A stretch of 63,954 nucleotides of DNA, filler included, from Craspedostauros australis (GCA_030167865.1; 10 parts of 10 records of this genome joined end to end with filler, not necessarily neighbours in it), one strand, 5' to 3'. Counted from the whole stretch's first letter, positions 33,852-46,020 are shown. Notes: a model not told the origin generated them from the sequence alone. Program-made: numbers and translations.

Positions 33852-36800
33852 NGAGCAACATCTTGATTCGTTGGTGGTTCGCAGCATCTGCATCGTTGAC
33901 GCGTTGGATGACTTCGGCCTTGACTCTCTGTCCGTCGCGGTCGTAGAGGAAGGTCTTGCCGATGAGATCCTCTGGTGTGAATCGAGGGATGGAGACTCTT
34001 GCCATGTCCGCCGTTCCAGGATTGGACTCCGCAGAAGCGAAAAGAACGGCGTCTCCGAGGGAATGGACAACTGGTTGCATTCCATCAGGCACTGGGACGT
34101 CGTCGTCAAGCTCCCCATCANNNNNNNNNNNNNNNNNNNNNNNNNNNNNNNNNNNNNNNNNNNNNNNNNNNNNNNNNNNNNNNNNNNNNNNNNNNNNNTG
34201 CTCGTCGGCTGCACGGATCGAGGATCGAGGGAGGAGTTGTTGGGTGTCATCATCCAACACCCAGAAGGTCAGTTCGTCACCCTTGTGGAGACAGGGTCCG
34301 GCCCATCTCCCCTTTCGCTCCTTGGACTGGCTGGGAAATCCAGGCTTCTCCACGCGGTAGTACACCGGTTGCCACCATCGGTAGGCAAGGAACTTGCTCA
34401 CATCGGGACGGTGTCCGTAGGCTGCCTGNNNNNNNNNNNNNNNNNNNNNNNNNNNNNNNNNNNNNNNNNNNNNNNNNNNNNNNNNNNNNNNNNNNNNNNN
34501 NNNNNNNNNNNNNNNNNNNNNNNNNNNNNNNNNNNNNNNNNNNNNNNNNNNNNNNNNNNNNNNNNNNNNNNNNNNNNNNNNNNNNNGTCTTGGATACGCC
34601 TCTCTGCGGCGTTCTGGTGCTGGTGCTCCGGCTCGCTCTGATGGTCAGCGATGGAGTACTGTTGGAGGATGTCTTGCACCTTAAATCCGATCTCGGATTT
34701 CGCGTTGTCGGACATCAGGAGGTCAGGAGCTCCGTGACGCCGGATGAAGTCTTGGAGAGTGGAAGCGACTTGCTTCTCCGATGTCATGGGGAATCCTGCG
34801 GTGAAGCGAGAATCCACGGCCAAGTATACTTGCATCATCGTGCTGCCACCATGGCCTGGCACACCATCGTCGTGTGCAGGTGTGTCAGAGAACAACGTGT
34901 CCATGGCAACNNNNNNNNNNNNNNNNNNNNNNNNNNNNNNNNNNNNNNNNNNNNNNNNNNNNNNNNNNNNNNNNNNNNNNNNNNNNGTGCGGTACCATTG
35001 GGACGTGCACTTGAGAGTGTCTTGGACTCTTCTGGCCGGGATCCATCCGAAGTACGGACGGAGGGCCTCATAGTCGATCGTCGGCTTCGCGCGAGTGATA
35101 GCGCCTTGGCTTGGGGCACCGGTCTCACTGGTGAACACTTCGATGGAGTTCGGTGAGTGGACACCATCGTCTGGGGCACCATCGGAGATCCTGTCCAGCA
35201 AAGTGAACTCGTGATCAAGAGTGGATGGATCCCAGTCTTCGTCGGCAGTGAAGTCCACGTGAGGGTACGTGTCAATCTCCTTGCGTGTGGGAGGCCTCAT
35301 GTCCATGTAGGACAGGCCCNNNNNNNNNNNNNNNNNNNNNNNNNNNNNNNNNNNNNNNNNNNNNNNNNNAACACGGAGTATCGTGCGCGACGAGCACACG
35401 ATGTTGAGAGAGAGAGAGAGAGAGAATACAGAGAGGAGCGAGAGAGCATCTCGTGTACCGACTCATAATCGGAGACTAAATCTACGAAACAGATTGAAGC
35501 ACCGAGAGCATCGGGCGAGAGAACGGCGTACACCGAGAGCATCGGAGTAGCCAACTAATGAAATAGCAAACAGAAGACTATCAACCAACACCATCTTCCA
35601 CGATCGTAGGTTACCGTGCGCGGAACTTGCCAACACGGATGGAGAGAGGGATCACATGCCCATCAGGCACGATGATTGTCTGTCTCCCTCCAGGGAGTTC
35701 GCGAGGACGCTCGTTGACATCGAGACCGAATGCACCGAGTTGATTCGTCGAGTGAATCGTCTTGCCCTTGCCATAGAGGGCGTATTGGTGGAACTTCGCG
35801 ATGATTGGTCCCTCAGTGGACATGACGAGTCCAGCGACCGTTCCGATGTCCAGGTTGACGATTGCGGTGTCTCCAATTCCGCTGATGTCGNNNNNNNNNN
35901 NNNNNNNNNNNNNNNNNNNNNNNNNNNNNNNNNNNNNNNNNNNNNNNNNNNNNNGATCAGGGAACCGGACTTCGCAACATCGGTCTTGTTGAAGCTGTAT
36001 TGCAGGACTGTGGCCTGAACAGCACGGTAGACTTTGCCTTGGATGATGACTTCGTCAGAAGTGTTGGTGTTGGTCGTGGCATTGGCCAGCATGCGCTTGA
36101 TGGCATCGCCGGGGAGGTCGTCAGAACCGGCGCTGCCGGAGGTCGAGGTGGACTTGGCTTGCCCACCANCCCCATTGCCAGTGGNGGATGTCTTGTTGGC
36201 CTGNNTGTTCGATGNNTCCCTGGTGTACTTGGGGTCCCAAGTACCCTTGGANTGCATGTGGGCCTTCTTCTGATCCCATGTCATTTGCTTCCATTCGTTG
36301 TCTGGGATTCGCTTGTTCGTGCTCTTGTTCTTGGATTGGTTGGTCTTGTTCTCGTTGTTGCTTGCGTCCTTGTTTGTGTTGTTGACCCTACGCTTGGCCT
36401 TGTTGCGTGGGACGCGCAGGTCATTGCGCTGTGCGGATCTGCGCACAACACCAAGGAAGGCATCGAAGTCCAGCNNNNNNNNNNNNNNNNNNNNNNNNNN
36501 NNNNNNNNNNNNNNNNNNNNNNNNGCCAGCATGCGCTTGATGGCATCGCCGGGGAGGTCGTCAGAACCGGCGCTGCCGGAGGTCGAGGTGGACTTGGCTT
36601 GCCCACCATCCCCATTGCCAGTGGTGGATGTCTTGTTGGCCTGTGTGTTCGATGCATCCCTGGTGTACTTGGGGTCCCAAGTACCCTTGGACTGCATGTG
36701 GGCCTTCTTCTGATCCCATGTCATTTGCTTCCATTCGTTGTCTGGGATTCNNNNNNNNNNNNNNNNNNNNNNNNNNNNNNNNNNNNNNNNNNNNNNNNNN

Positions 36801-37939
36801 NNNNNNNNNNNNNNNNNNNNNNNNNNNNNNNNNNNNNNNNNNNNNNNNNNNNNNNNNNNNNNNNNNNNNNNNNNNNNNNNNNNNNNNNNNNNNNNNNNNN
36901 NNNNNNNNNNNNNNNNNNNNNNNNNNNNNNNNNNNNNNNNNNNNNNNGCCAACGCCAAGTTGCTCTGGAGAGCATCGGCGTCGTCAAGGGAACGGAAGAG
37001 GTCAGCGTCAGGGGTGATGGCCTCCTTGAGCCACTGGAGCTTCCAGTCCTCAGAGACAGGGGCATCCTGAATCTCTTCGAGGTCGTTGATCTTGCTGAGC
37101 CAGCTGTTTACGAAGGCTTCGCGGCTGCTGTTCCAGGAGTGGTTCAGTTTGAGGTTCCGGATCTCCTCTTGGATCAGCTGAGCCTTGTTGGCTGCAGCCA
37201 CTCCGGTTGCATACTCCTCACGGAGCATGGTATACACTCCATGACCGTTCTCATCATCGGCGTATGCCTGGAGACAGTTGCGGCTCTTCGTGGTCCTGAG
37301 GCAGTGGGTCAGGACGTAGAAGAGGAAGGTGCGCTGTTTGTCGAACAGCTCAGCCTCGTCTTGGGTCGGGAGGTACTCGGGGTCCACGACGTTCTTCACA
37401 CCGTGCGCTGCAGCGGTGGCTCGAAGACGTCGGTCGAAGATCATGAACTGGTCATCGCTCTTCAGGATCGGATAGTCGCTGAGGTTCCGCTTGATGCCCT
37501 TGTCGAAGGCAGCGGCTCCATCAGAGACAGGTTCAGGTGGTGGTGGTGGTGTCACCATGGACGACATGGTGGGTTCGGGTGTCGGCATGGAGGCATCCAT
37601 GTGCTTCTTGAGTTCGGTTCGCATGAAGCTCTGGAGCCTTGCAGCATTCAGGCCAAGCCAGACGGAGTCGCCGTCGCCAGCTTGCACGTCATACCACATT
37701 GGGAGTGCGAGGATCTTGCGAATGTGCAACGCAGTCAATCGGCATGAGTATGGGTCTCCCGAGGTGGGAGTGATGTCGCGATGAAGACCGTCGAGGTCTT
37801 CCTTGGTGAGGAAGGTGAGGTCGTCAACGTTCTCCACCGCTGCGTCGATGATAACGCGGCGATGGTCGGAGTCGTCGGAGATACCCACGGCCTTGAGGAC
37901 GTGGTTCAGTATGGTGATGGGGTCGGTGGGTTCTGTCAT
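33852..37939 (-). mobile_element. Ty1/copia (CoDi-like) retrotransposon gag-protease-integrase, gapped and interrupted by a nested LTR
   Basis: Gag ORF from 37939 (KGIKRNLSDYPILK). Protease region (SLI.., GPIIAKFHQYA, IHSTNQL). Integrase core AMDTLF...HGAPDLLMSDNAKSE...SEPEHQHQNAAERRIQD and downstream FPSQSKERKGRWAG. Confidence 0.9.
35390..35635 (+). mobile_element. 3' end of a copia LTR nested antisense in the CoDi pol
   Basis: Reverse complement of 49617-49878, ending CCAACA. It splits the pol motif IPLSIR|xGLSYMDMRPPT. Confidence 0.85.
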
Positions 37940-38221
37940 CTTGTTCGGTTCGTCACGGAGAAGCGGATACGCTGTGCTCGGTGTGTTCGGGTGCGCTGCC
38001 TTGGAAGGCTCTTGTTGTTGTTCGGTTCCTGCTTCATGTCGTCACGTGATGCAATTGGTTCGGTGCTGATGGGATCAGCTCGGTGGTTTGGAGGTGTTTT
38101 CACTCAGTCAGGTCAGGACGTAGTGCTTGCGACTGTTAATCTGTTATCTCGGTATTGTACACAGCGAAATCACACGAGTCCTTCAAGAGAGATCAAGTCT
38201 TTCAGGACGAGGGTGACAAGC

Positions 38222-39100
38222 TGTTGAGTGAAGACACTGTTTGGGTTGAGTGACTTCTGGTTCTATGTTATCTTCATTGAGTTGTATCTCGTGTTGCTGT
38301 CTTTAAGGTCAGCTCTCGGTCATTGCACCTCTGCGATCTTGTTCTGATGTGGAGATGACCCATGATGTGGCGATGATGTCTTCTGTGTCAACGTCACTCA
38401 TCACCGTTCCATGGCTCTGTCGATTCCACATTCCATTGATGATGCTTGAGGTCGTCAGGTGTGTTGTCATTTCAGGTTTAGTTGGGAAGTATATCAGGTC
38501 GAATTGGACATCACATGTTTGCCGGGTGGTGGCCAGACCGANNNNNNNNNNNNNNNNNNNNNNNNNNNNNNNNNNNNNNNNNNNNNNNNNNCAGGTCGAA
38601 TTGGACATCACATGTTTGCCGGGTGGTGGCCAGACCGAATCTCTGATGTTCCCTAATGTGTCCCTTATGCCGAAATTCATGTGTCTGAGGAAAGCATCGT
38701 TTCAGCACATACCAGGACAGACTAATCAGAAAACGAATCAGGTGAATAAAGCGTTGTGCTAATATATGTGCTGATAGTGAAACTATGCTCACCTGGCTCT
38801 ACTCTTGCACTGTCTTGGATCACTGCCGTTGGAGTGTGCAAGGCTTGTTGCAGTCCAACCAATTGGTTGGATTTGCGGATACTCCAGTGTTCAAAGCGAT
38901 ACGTTTCAGGCGCAATGTATTGGTACCATATGATGCATTGGTGCCAAGCCATTGTTTTTGCATCTCAGGACCAATTCACCTCAGGGTGTGTGTGTCTTGA
39001 GCAATGCTCCAGCTTGACGACTTGGCCAAAGGCATCATTGGATCAAAGATGTGCAGCATTGGCATCAACGCAGAGACATCGCACACATCTCCAGCATGAT
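38222..39100 (-). mobile_element. Probable 5' LTR/UTR of the CoDi element (boundaries approximate)
   Basis: Lies upstream of gag and shares blocks with LTR 11-878. Confidence 0.45.
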
Positions 39101-39250
39101 GCGTGATCTGGCCTCAGCTCTGCCATCCGTAAGCTTCACGTTTCCACACAAGGCGTGCATCCTCCACCCGAACTTGTTCAGATGGGGGAATTGAAGCACC
39201 AGCGATCGCGCTCATCATCTGGACGGTGTTTGCGGAAGGAAGTGTGCCAG

Positions 39251-39642
39251 GGGCTTCCGGTAAAACGGACTATCGGACTAACGAACAGCATCACCATCTG
39301 GTTGACGGACATTCGAAGTCGTGAATGCGAATTCCTTCGTCGTGGTTAGAAAGTCGGAATAGGACATTATGGTTTTATCAGTCCGTGATTGAATTGTCTC
39401 TAGCCTACATCGAACAAAGATGCCCTATTTATGGCACGTTCTGAAAAGATGCTCTATTTAAGGCACGTTTTGAATAGGCGCCCTAAATAGGGCATTTTTT
39501 GACATCGCACAGATACGAGTCGACGACAATGTCTGAAGGACACTGCAACTAAGACTAATAAAATCTCATTCACGACTAATATTGTTCGTAAGCCCGTTAA
39601 AATGAACTCGAACCAGCATGTCCGGCAGTTTACCGGAAGCCC
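39251..39642. mobile_element. Complete non-autonomous PIF/Harbinger-like MITE (392 bp)
   Basis: 14-bp perfect TIR GGGCTTCCGGTAAA / TTTACCGGAAGCCC. 3-bp TSD CAG at 39248-39250 and 39643-39645. Internal palindromic repeats. Confidence 0.88.
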
Positions 39643-39950
39643 CAGGACAGGGACACCCGGCAAATCCAGAAAATTGGTCGCCGTCCGACTAATTCGACCT
39701 CTATTTCGTTGACCTGCGCGAAACACTTCGTTGGGCCTAATTGAAACTGTGACAATGACCATCCATCCTGGTCTCCAGGGACACCCAACAAATTGTCCAT
39801 TTCATGAATTTTTCTCTGTCAACTACTCATTACGGGACTCGATAATGGAGGATTATTGCTGAGAAATTGTTCTTGAATGGAAAAATGGATATTTTTGCTT
39901 CTTTGCATTTGTCATCTGAGATCCGAAATTGTGCCTAAAAATGAGTTGGA

Positions 39951-40090
39951 CAATGGCAGACAATGTCAGACAATGTCAGACAAAATTTGACCGAATTAGA
40001 CAAAGTGAGACAAAAACAGACAGAGTCAGAAAGCGTCAGACAAAGTCAGACAGAAGTAGACAAAATCAGACAAAGCCGGACAAAGTGAGA
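39951..40090. repeat. Degenerate 10-bp tandem repeat (CAAAGTCAGA-like, ~14 copies)
   Basis: AGAC/GAC recurs at 10-bp spacing, downstream of Harbinger-like termini at 39651 and 39779. Confidence 0.75.
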
Positions 40091-41205
40091 CTCAGGTTGA
40101 TGACGGAAATTAGAGTGGGCGATGAATCAGTTGCTCTCTCCAGACTATGNNNNNNNNNNNNNNNNNNNNNNNNNNNNNNNNNNNNNNNNNNNNNNNNNNT
40201 TGCTCTCTCCAGACTATGGACCTGCGACTTCGCTCTGATATGAGTGATATTGTATTACAAATAGCAATTCCCACAGTACAATAACCTCATCGAGATATTT
40301 TTGGAGGGGCAACATGCGAATTTCCCCCCCTCGGAAATTGAAACACAATCGAGTTTCACGTCGCAGTCCCGGCAATAGACCTTCCACATGTCGAAACGAA
40401 ATAAACGCCCAATCATATCTCTTCATGTACAATAGTGTTTCATCATATTTGTCATACTGATGATGGATGCATTGGCATGCTAGCAAAGAAGAAGCCAGAA
40501 TTCTAGTGTGAAGGATACATGGAGCAATAGAGAGTGAAAGCAATGTTGGATATGCCTGCAAACGTCATCTATGATATTTGCGTGCAATTAGCAGCGACTC
40601 CCTTCATAGTCCAGCCAAGGAAGCTTTTCTCATTGCCCATTTCATCCGATGCATCATACATGGTGTGTTCCTGGATTCTCTGAGGATCGGTGTCCTCTGA
40701 TATGACCAGGAACTTGGACCAACACGCATTCTGCATCCTTTGGAGCTCCTGATTGCCATAGCGGACGTCATTGGTGGCCTCCAACCAACTTAATGTAACA
40801 TAGCAATAGTTATGTGTAGACTGCATGAGGAGCTTCTATTGGACAGCAAACTGCTGATCCATCTCCATGATATGGTGATCAAGAAGTCTCTGCCATCGAT
40901 ATTGGCAAGAGAGACTTGAACAAGCCAGGAAGTAGCAGGGACAAAGTGCTTGCGCCTCTGATATTGGACTTCTGGTAGTGGCAAAGTTGCAACAGAAGAG
41001 ATGGCAACGAAAATCTCACAATACGAGGCTATGAAGAGGAGAAAGAGAGATATGCATTGCATGCAACTCAGGACACACCCATTAATGATCCTACCATCAT
41101 TTTTGTCTCAACATGTGATGCGATAACATGCAACAGAGCATCCAGACCAGAGCAGTCTTGAAAGAGCACTACTGTAAAAATCACAAGGGGAAAGCAAAAG
41201 CAAAG

Positions 41206-41275
41206 TACCATGCCAGGAGTCGAACTCGGAACCTCAGTGAGAATTACTGGCGTTCTACCATTGAGCTACAGGCGT
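41206..41275 (-). pseudogene. tRNA-like element (pseudo-tRNA or SINE head)
   Basis: Minus strand reads ACGCCTG TAGCTCAATGGTAGAAC G CCAGT AATTCTC ACTGA GGTT CCGAG TTCGACT CCTGG CATGGTA. A and B boxes intact with a TTTT run downstream, but the acceptor stem is mispaired and the anticodon loop is non-canonical. Confidence 0.75.
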
Positions 41276-41699
41276 TGCAATTGCTGAACCAAACACAAGT
41301 GAAATAAATAGATTGTGGGGGCGTCCGGAGTAATGAGATTTAGCACTATATGTATTTGTGCTGATAAGTCTAAAATAGAATTCTGTTCTACAGAAGAGAA
41401 GCTGATCCAGCCACTTTGGTTGTCTTTCTTCATAGGTCACGAATGAGTCATGAGCACCAATGTGAAATCCGAATGTGATTGCCAGTTGTGACATTAATAC
41501 AGGGGTGTGAATGTGAAATGCGATAACCTTCTGTTGTTGTGATTTGTCAGTGATGGGAGAATTGTTGGGAACATGCACCAGAACTCAAGTTTCAAATAGT
41601 TCTGCTCCTCCTTTCATCTGGTACTGCACAATGGAGGGGAAGTCAGGCAAGAGAAATCATCCTTGAGGATCTTTCTTGTACATTGCCAGTGGAAGAGGA

Positions 41700-42099
41700 A
41701 GAGGTTGCTGCTGTTGAGGCATGGGAGTTGTGCTATTCTCGCCTGGCAGGATTCATTGATGTTGTTTTCAGTCAGTCTGAAGCTAGGCTTTGCAATCATC
41801 GGAAGCAAATGGTGAAGAAGCACAGACACTGATTGATGGAATCCAACACCTTGGTGAACAACGGGCAACTCCACCCACGACAGCAACACAACCACCGGGG
41901 GAGCCTATTTTGTGTCTGTTGCAAAGATGCTTCTCTGCCACGCTATCAAGGATGGAAGCCACACACATTTAACACCGTTCCAACTGCGACAAAGCTGGCC
42001 TGAGTATGCTCCATCTAGTCATACGAAGTTCAAGGAACGCATCTACCAAGAGGCTCGTCATCAGAACTTCATCGTTTATCTTGGGAGGAAGTGTAACAC
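41700..42099 (+). pseudogene. Decayed ORF remnant resembling diatom transposon-associated proteins
   Basis: AKMLL...P.QL.QS.PEY...FKERIYQE-type helical motif. Frame is broken upstream. Confidence 0.35.
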
Positions 42100-42199
42100 N
42101 NNNNNNNNNNNNNNNNNNNNNNNNNNNNNNNNNNNNNNNNNNNTTAATTAATTAANNNNNNNNNNNNNNNNNNNNNNNNNNNNNNNNNNNNNNNNNNNN

Positions 42200-43926
42200 G
42201 TCTCCCTTTGGTCCTCCTGGGATGAGGATCAAGAATGGGCAGAACGGGCAGTCAACACACCACGAGAACAAAGGCCCTTTGGTTAGGCACAGTGGGCACC
42301 ACGCGTTGTCTCTGTCGCGTCGAGACGCGGTCTCGATCAATCCGTCCAAGTAGGAGCGGATGGGGCGCACGTTGTGGATTGGCTCTGGTCGCCTTGCTGA
42401 GGCCGTCGCGTGGAGGTCGATGCCGGGCATCGCGATCTCGTTGCTTTCGGTTTCGTCAGCTTCGCTCTCATCAGACGAGAACAAGTTGTCACTCATCATG
42501 CGATCCGCGTTGACTTGTGGTCCGTAATAACCGTAGTCGTTCGGGCTGCGAATCCCAACCACTTCGACCGATCCATCGTCATTGTTGTTGTTGGTCCCGT
42601 TGTAGAATCCTGCGGCCAGGTTTCCATCGACGACCATGAGAGCCATGTCCTCCATGAGGTTTTCGATGCCGCTCTCCGTGTCGTGGGTGTGTGTTGTCAC
42701 GATTTCGTGGTTGGTGAGAATTTTGGTTTCGCTCACATTTTCGATGTTGCGCGCGATTTTTCCATCCTCTGCGATTTCGTGACACATCATCACATCATCG
42801 ACGGTGACCAGCGCGACGTCGTTCATGCCGTCCATCCCGTCAGTAGCTACATTGGCTGAGTCTGCGTCCTTCATCGCTGCTTTCAACTTGAAGCATTGCA
42901 AGATTTTGTGGCCTGTCTTGCCACAGAACTTGCACTTGCCGTTGAAGCCTCCGGCGCTGAAGTTGCCGTTGTTGCGGTTGCCGTTGCCGCGGTTGCCNTT
43001 CTTCTTGGCGCCACCGCCTTGCTTGCCGTTGCCGCTCTTTGTAGGGGAGCGACAGTCCGCCTTCTTGTGTCCGTAGATGCCACAGTTGCGACAGTTGCCC
43101 TTGAATCCGCCGATCGCGGCCAAGGCCATCTCCTCCTTGCCATGGTTGCCTCCTTCGCGCTTAGAACCATGTTTGGTATGGTGGCGGTCGTAGGTGAGGC
43201 ACACGGCCTCGCGGATGTCTTTAACTGTCATCTTGTCTTCTTTGCCTGCGAACTTGAGCTCTATGAGCTTCACGTCCATCTCGTAGTCTCTCCCGAGAGC
43301 GTTGAGNNNNNNNNNNNNNNNNNNNNNNNNNNNNNNNNNNNNNNNNNNNNNNNNNNNNNNNNNNNNNNNNNNNNNNNNNNNNNNNNNNNGCGGAGCACCT
43401 CCATCTCGGTGAGGAACGAATCAGGGCGCTCGCCCTTCTTCAACCGCATTCCGTTGAGTTGAGCCAACAACTGTGCCTTCACTGGAGCAGTACGTTGCTC
43501 GTAGATGCGCTCGAGCGCCTTCCACGCCTTGCGTGGATCACCATCTTTGTAGGTACCGCTCTTGCATCCCAGCACAGCCATGAAGGCAACATTGCCTTCC
43601 GGAGTTTCATGGTTGATAGCCATGGTCAGTTCTTCAAACGNNNNNNNNNNNNNNNNNNNNNNNNNNNNNNNNNNNNNNNNNNNNNNNNNNNNNNNNNNNN
43701 NNNNNNNNNNNNNNNNNNNNNNNNNNNNNNNNNNNNNNNNNNNNNNNNNNNNNNNNNNNNNNNNNNNNNNNNNNNNNNNNNNNNNNNNNNNNNNNNNNNN
43801 NNNNNNNNNNNNNNNNNNNNNNNNNNNNNNNNGGGTGAGGAACTTAGCGCTCCATGCGTTCCAGTTGGACTTCTTTCCGTCGAACACGATGGGGTAACGA
43901 TCGGACTTGCCAAAGAGGGAGCTCAT
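42200..43926 (-). mobile_element. Ty1/copia gag with two CCHC zinc knuckles (gapped, partial)
   Basis: FDGKKSNWNAWSAKF N-terminus, AWKALERIYE, CRNCGIYGHKKADC, CKFCGKTGHKILQC. Confidence 0.88.
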
Positions 43927-44053
43927 GATGATGNNNNNNNNNNNNNNNNNNNNNNNNNNNNNNNNNNNNNNNNNNNNTTAATTAATTAANNNNNNNNNNN
44001 NNNNNNNNNNNNNNNNNNNNNNNNNNNNNNNNNAACGAGTCTCTCCCAACGAA

Positions 44054-44918
44054 CAAGGACAGGTTCGTGAAAAGCATCTTCGGATGCGATGACGACCAAG
44101 GCAGCCGGACGTCGCAGGGACAGGTGCAGGTGCGATTCCATCGCATCAAGAATGACCCCCAAGCAATCGCAGCCATCCTCACTGCTCTCGAAGGCGATGG
44201 CATCCTTCTCACTGCGAACGCCGCAAGCCTATCCACGAGATGCGGTGCTGTGGGCGGGGCCTGCCGCCAAGGAACTCTTGGTTGCACTCTCGGGAGCNAC
44301 ATCATCACCATCACCCCGGACTCATGTGCAAGCGATAGTTCCTGCGAAGGGGTTTCAAAGGATGCCTTCATCCTTGGCAGCTGTCTCGGACTAAATTCCT
44401 GCAAGAATCTTGGATCTTTTTCCAGCCCTCCCGCCGCCACGGCCGCCATTGGCTACCACATCATTGGGCCAGCCGCATGCACCAGCACAAACAGCTGCGA
44501 GAACCTTGGGCAGAACACCTATGGTAACATCCGGACCCAACACGCAGGATGAAATGGCGGGGACGGCTGCAAAGGCCTTGGAATTCGCGCCGCCCAGTCT
44601 CCCGGTATCGCCACACCTACGCTTGCCAACATCAGCGTGGGGATGAACACTTGTCAGGGACAAAGTGCTTGTCAGAATGTTCACGCTGGCATCACCATCG
44701 ACAGTGGCGCATGCTTGCCACGAGACAGCTGCAACGGTGTTGCAAACTCCAACTCGGCGGTTGATGATCTGGTCATCGCGGCGAACACCTGCGCGGCTCC
44801 AAGCANNNNNCAGGACTGCATGGCAACAGACATATGCAGCGGCTCTCCTGGCCGGACCTACACCATCGAAAGCCCATCCAACGACTGCCCTGGACAAAAT
44901 AACGATGCATGCTCTTGA
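44054..44918 (+). CDS. Cys-repeat (C-x5-C) protein, 5' truncated by a gap, with an in-frame TGA at 44550-44552 (pseudogene or recoded)
   Basis: ORFs 44067-44552 and 44637-44918 are in the same frame, separated only by one TGA. Repeats DSCASDSSC, GSCLGLNSC, AACTSTNSC, AG*NGGDGC, NTCQGQSAC, GACLPRDSC. Confidence 0.7.
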
Positions 44919-45417
44919 AAAATGAAATGGCAGACCCCACTCTCAGGGTGCGAACAGGAGTGGGAGTTCGAACATCACGACATGTCCACATGTACGCCCA
45001 TGATCAGACGGTCGCATCTTCCGCAGCGGCAAGACAGCACAGATGCAGTCCATGTTCAGAACGAATGGCTCAACTCAACTCCATCGTTCCATATGGCACG
45101 ATGATCGAAGAATAAAATACATGTTACAATACAGTCATGGAACAATCGTTTGCATCCTGTGCTGCGCTGCGCCTTGCCAGTTGTGCATTCTTGTACTTCC
45201 ATGTGCTAGTATAGCATGATATGGTACCTTTGCCCATGACTTCAAGGGAGCATATCCGAAGATGAACCACACAACTTTACTGCAGTCTCAACCACTCTGT
45301 CCAGAAGTCCATACGAAGGCACTTGCGTTCTCGTCGTACAGCTCGTCGAGTATTCTAAACTTGTCTTGTTCGAGGCCAGCTCATCGAGGAAACGTTATGT
45401 GCGAACTACAACGAAGA

Positions 45418-45663
45418 CTCGGTGATGCCATACTTGGCTGCCTGGAACGTCTGTGTCTGCAGAAGGGGGCGTCCTGTGTCTTCGTTCTCAGCGCGCAGAC
45501 GACGGAATGGTTCATCGAATGCGGATTCGACGAGGTCGAGGTCAGCTGGCTGTCACCCAGCCATCACAGCGCGTACGATACCAAGCGCAACAACTTGATT
45601 TGCATGAAGAAGATCATCAACGTTCGTCATCTGGGTGGCTCCGAACTGTGGTGGAATAGATAG
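45418..45663 (+). pseudogene. argA: C-terminal fragment of amino-acid N-acetyltransferase (N-acetylglutamate synthase)
   Basis: GDAILGCLERLC...VFVLS.QT.EWF.E.GF.E....L.PS....Y..KR....MKKI matches the ArgA GNAT C-terminus. No upstream kinase-like domain, and several conserved residues are eroded. Confidence 0.75.
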
Positions 45664-46020
45664 ATTTCACAAGAAAGGTACAGCAGGTGCAATGGGCACA
45701 ATGCATAGTCATATGTAATGTATTATAGGAGCTGCACTAGCACATCACAGCATAGCATAGTAAAGCATACGAGCATTGCGTGGTGTGTATTCGTTGCGCT
45801 CTGCTCCACTCTCCTCTGCTCCACCAATACATGACGATCGTGCTAGTGGCAGTGCCGTCGGCAGGGCACGAGCAGAGATGAATGATCAGAGGATGCATCG
45901 TTGGTGCTCCAGTGACGAGTACAGACGCGTGGACTTGATGGCAGTAAAGATCGTGAGGGTTGCACATGTGTGATGAAAAGGAAGTGGAGTACAAGCATGG
46001 TACAGTGTGGTACAGATGTA

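Noticed and set aside
36085..36750. Apparent tandem duplications flanking N gaps (also 2230-2360, 38495-38638, 40130-40218, 59170-59781, 61422-61780)
   Set aside because: Near-identical overlaps at gap edges with ambiguous bases, typical of unmerged contig ends.
41206..41275. Functional tRNA-Glu(TTC) or a Sec/suppressor tRNA for the TGA at 44550
   Set aside because: The acceptor stem is unpaired, there is no U33, no UCA anticodon in the loop and no long variable arm, and it lies on a different scaffold.
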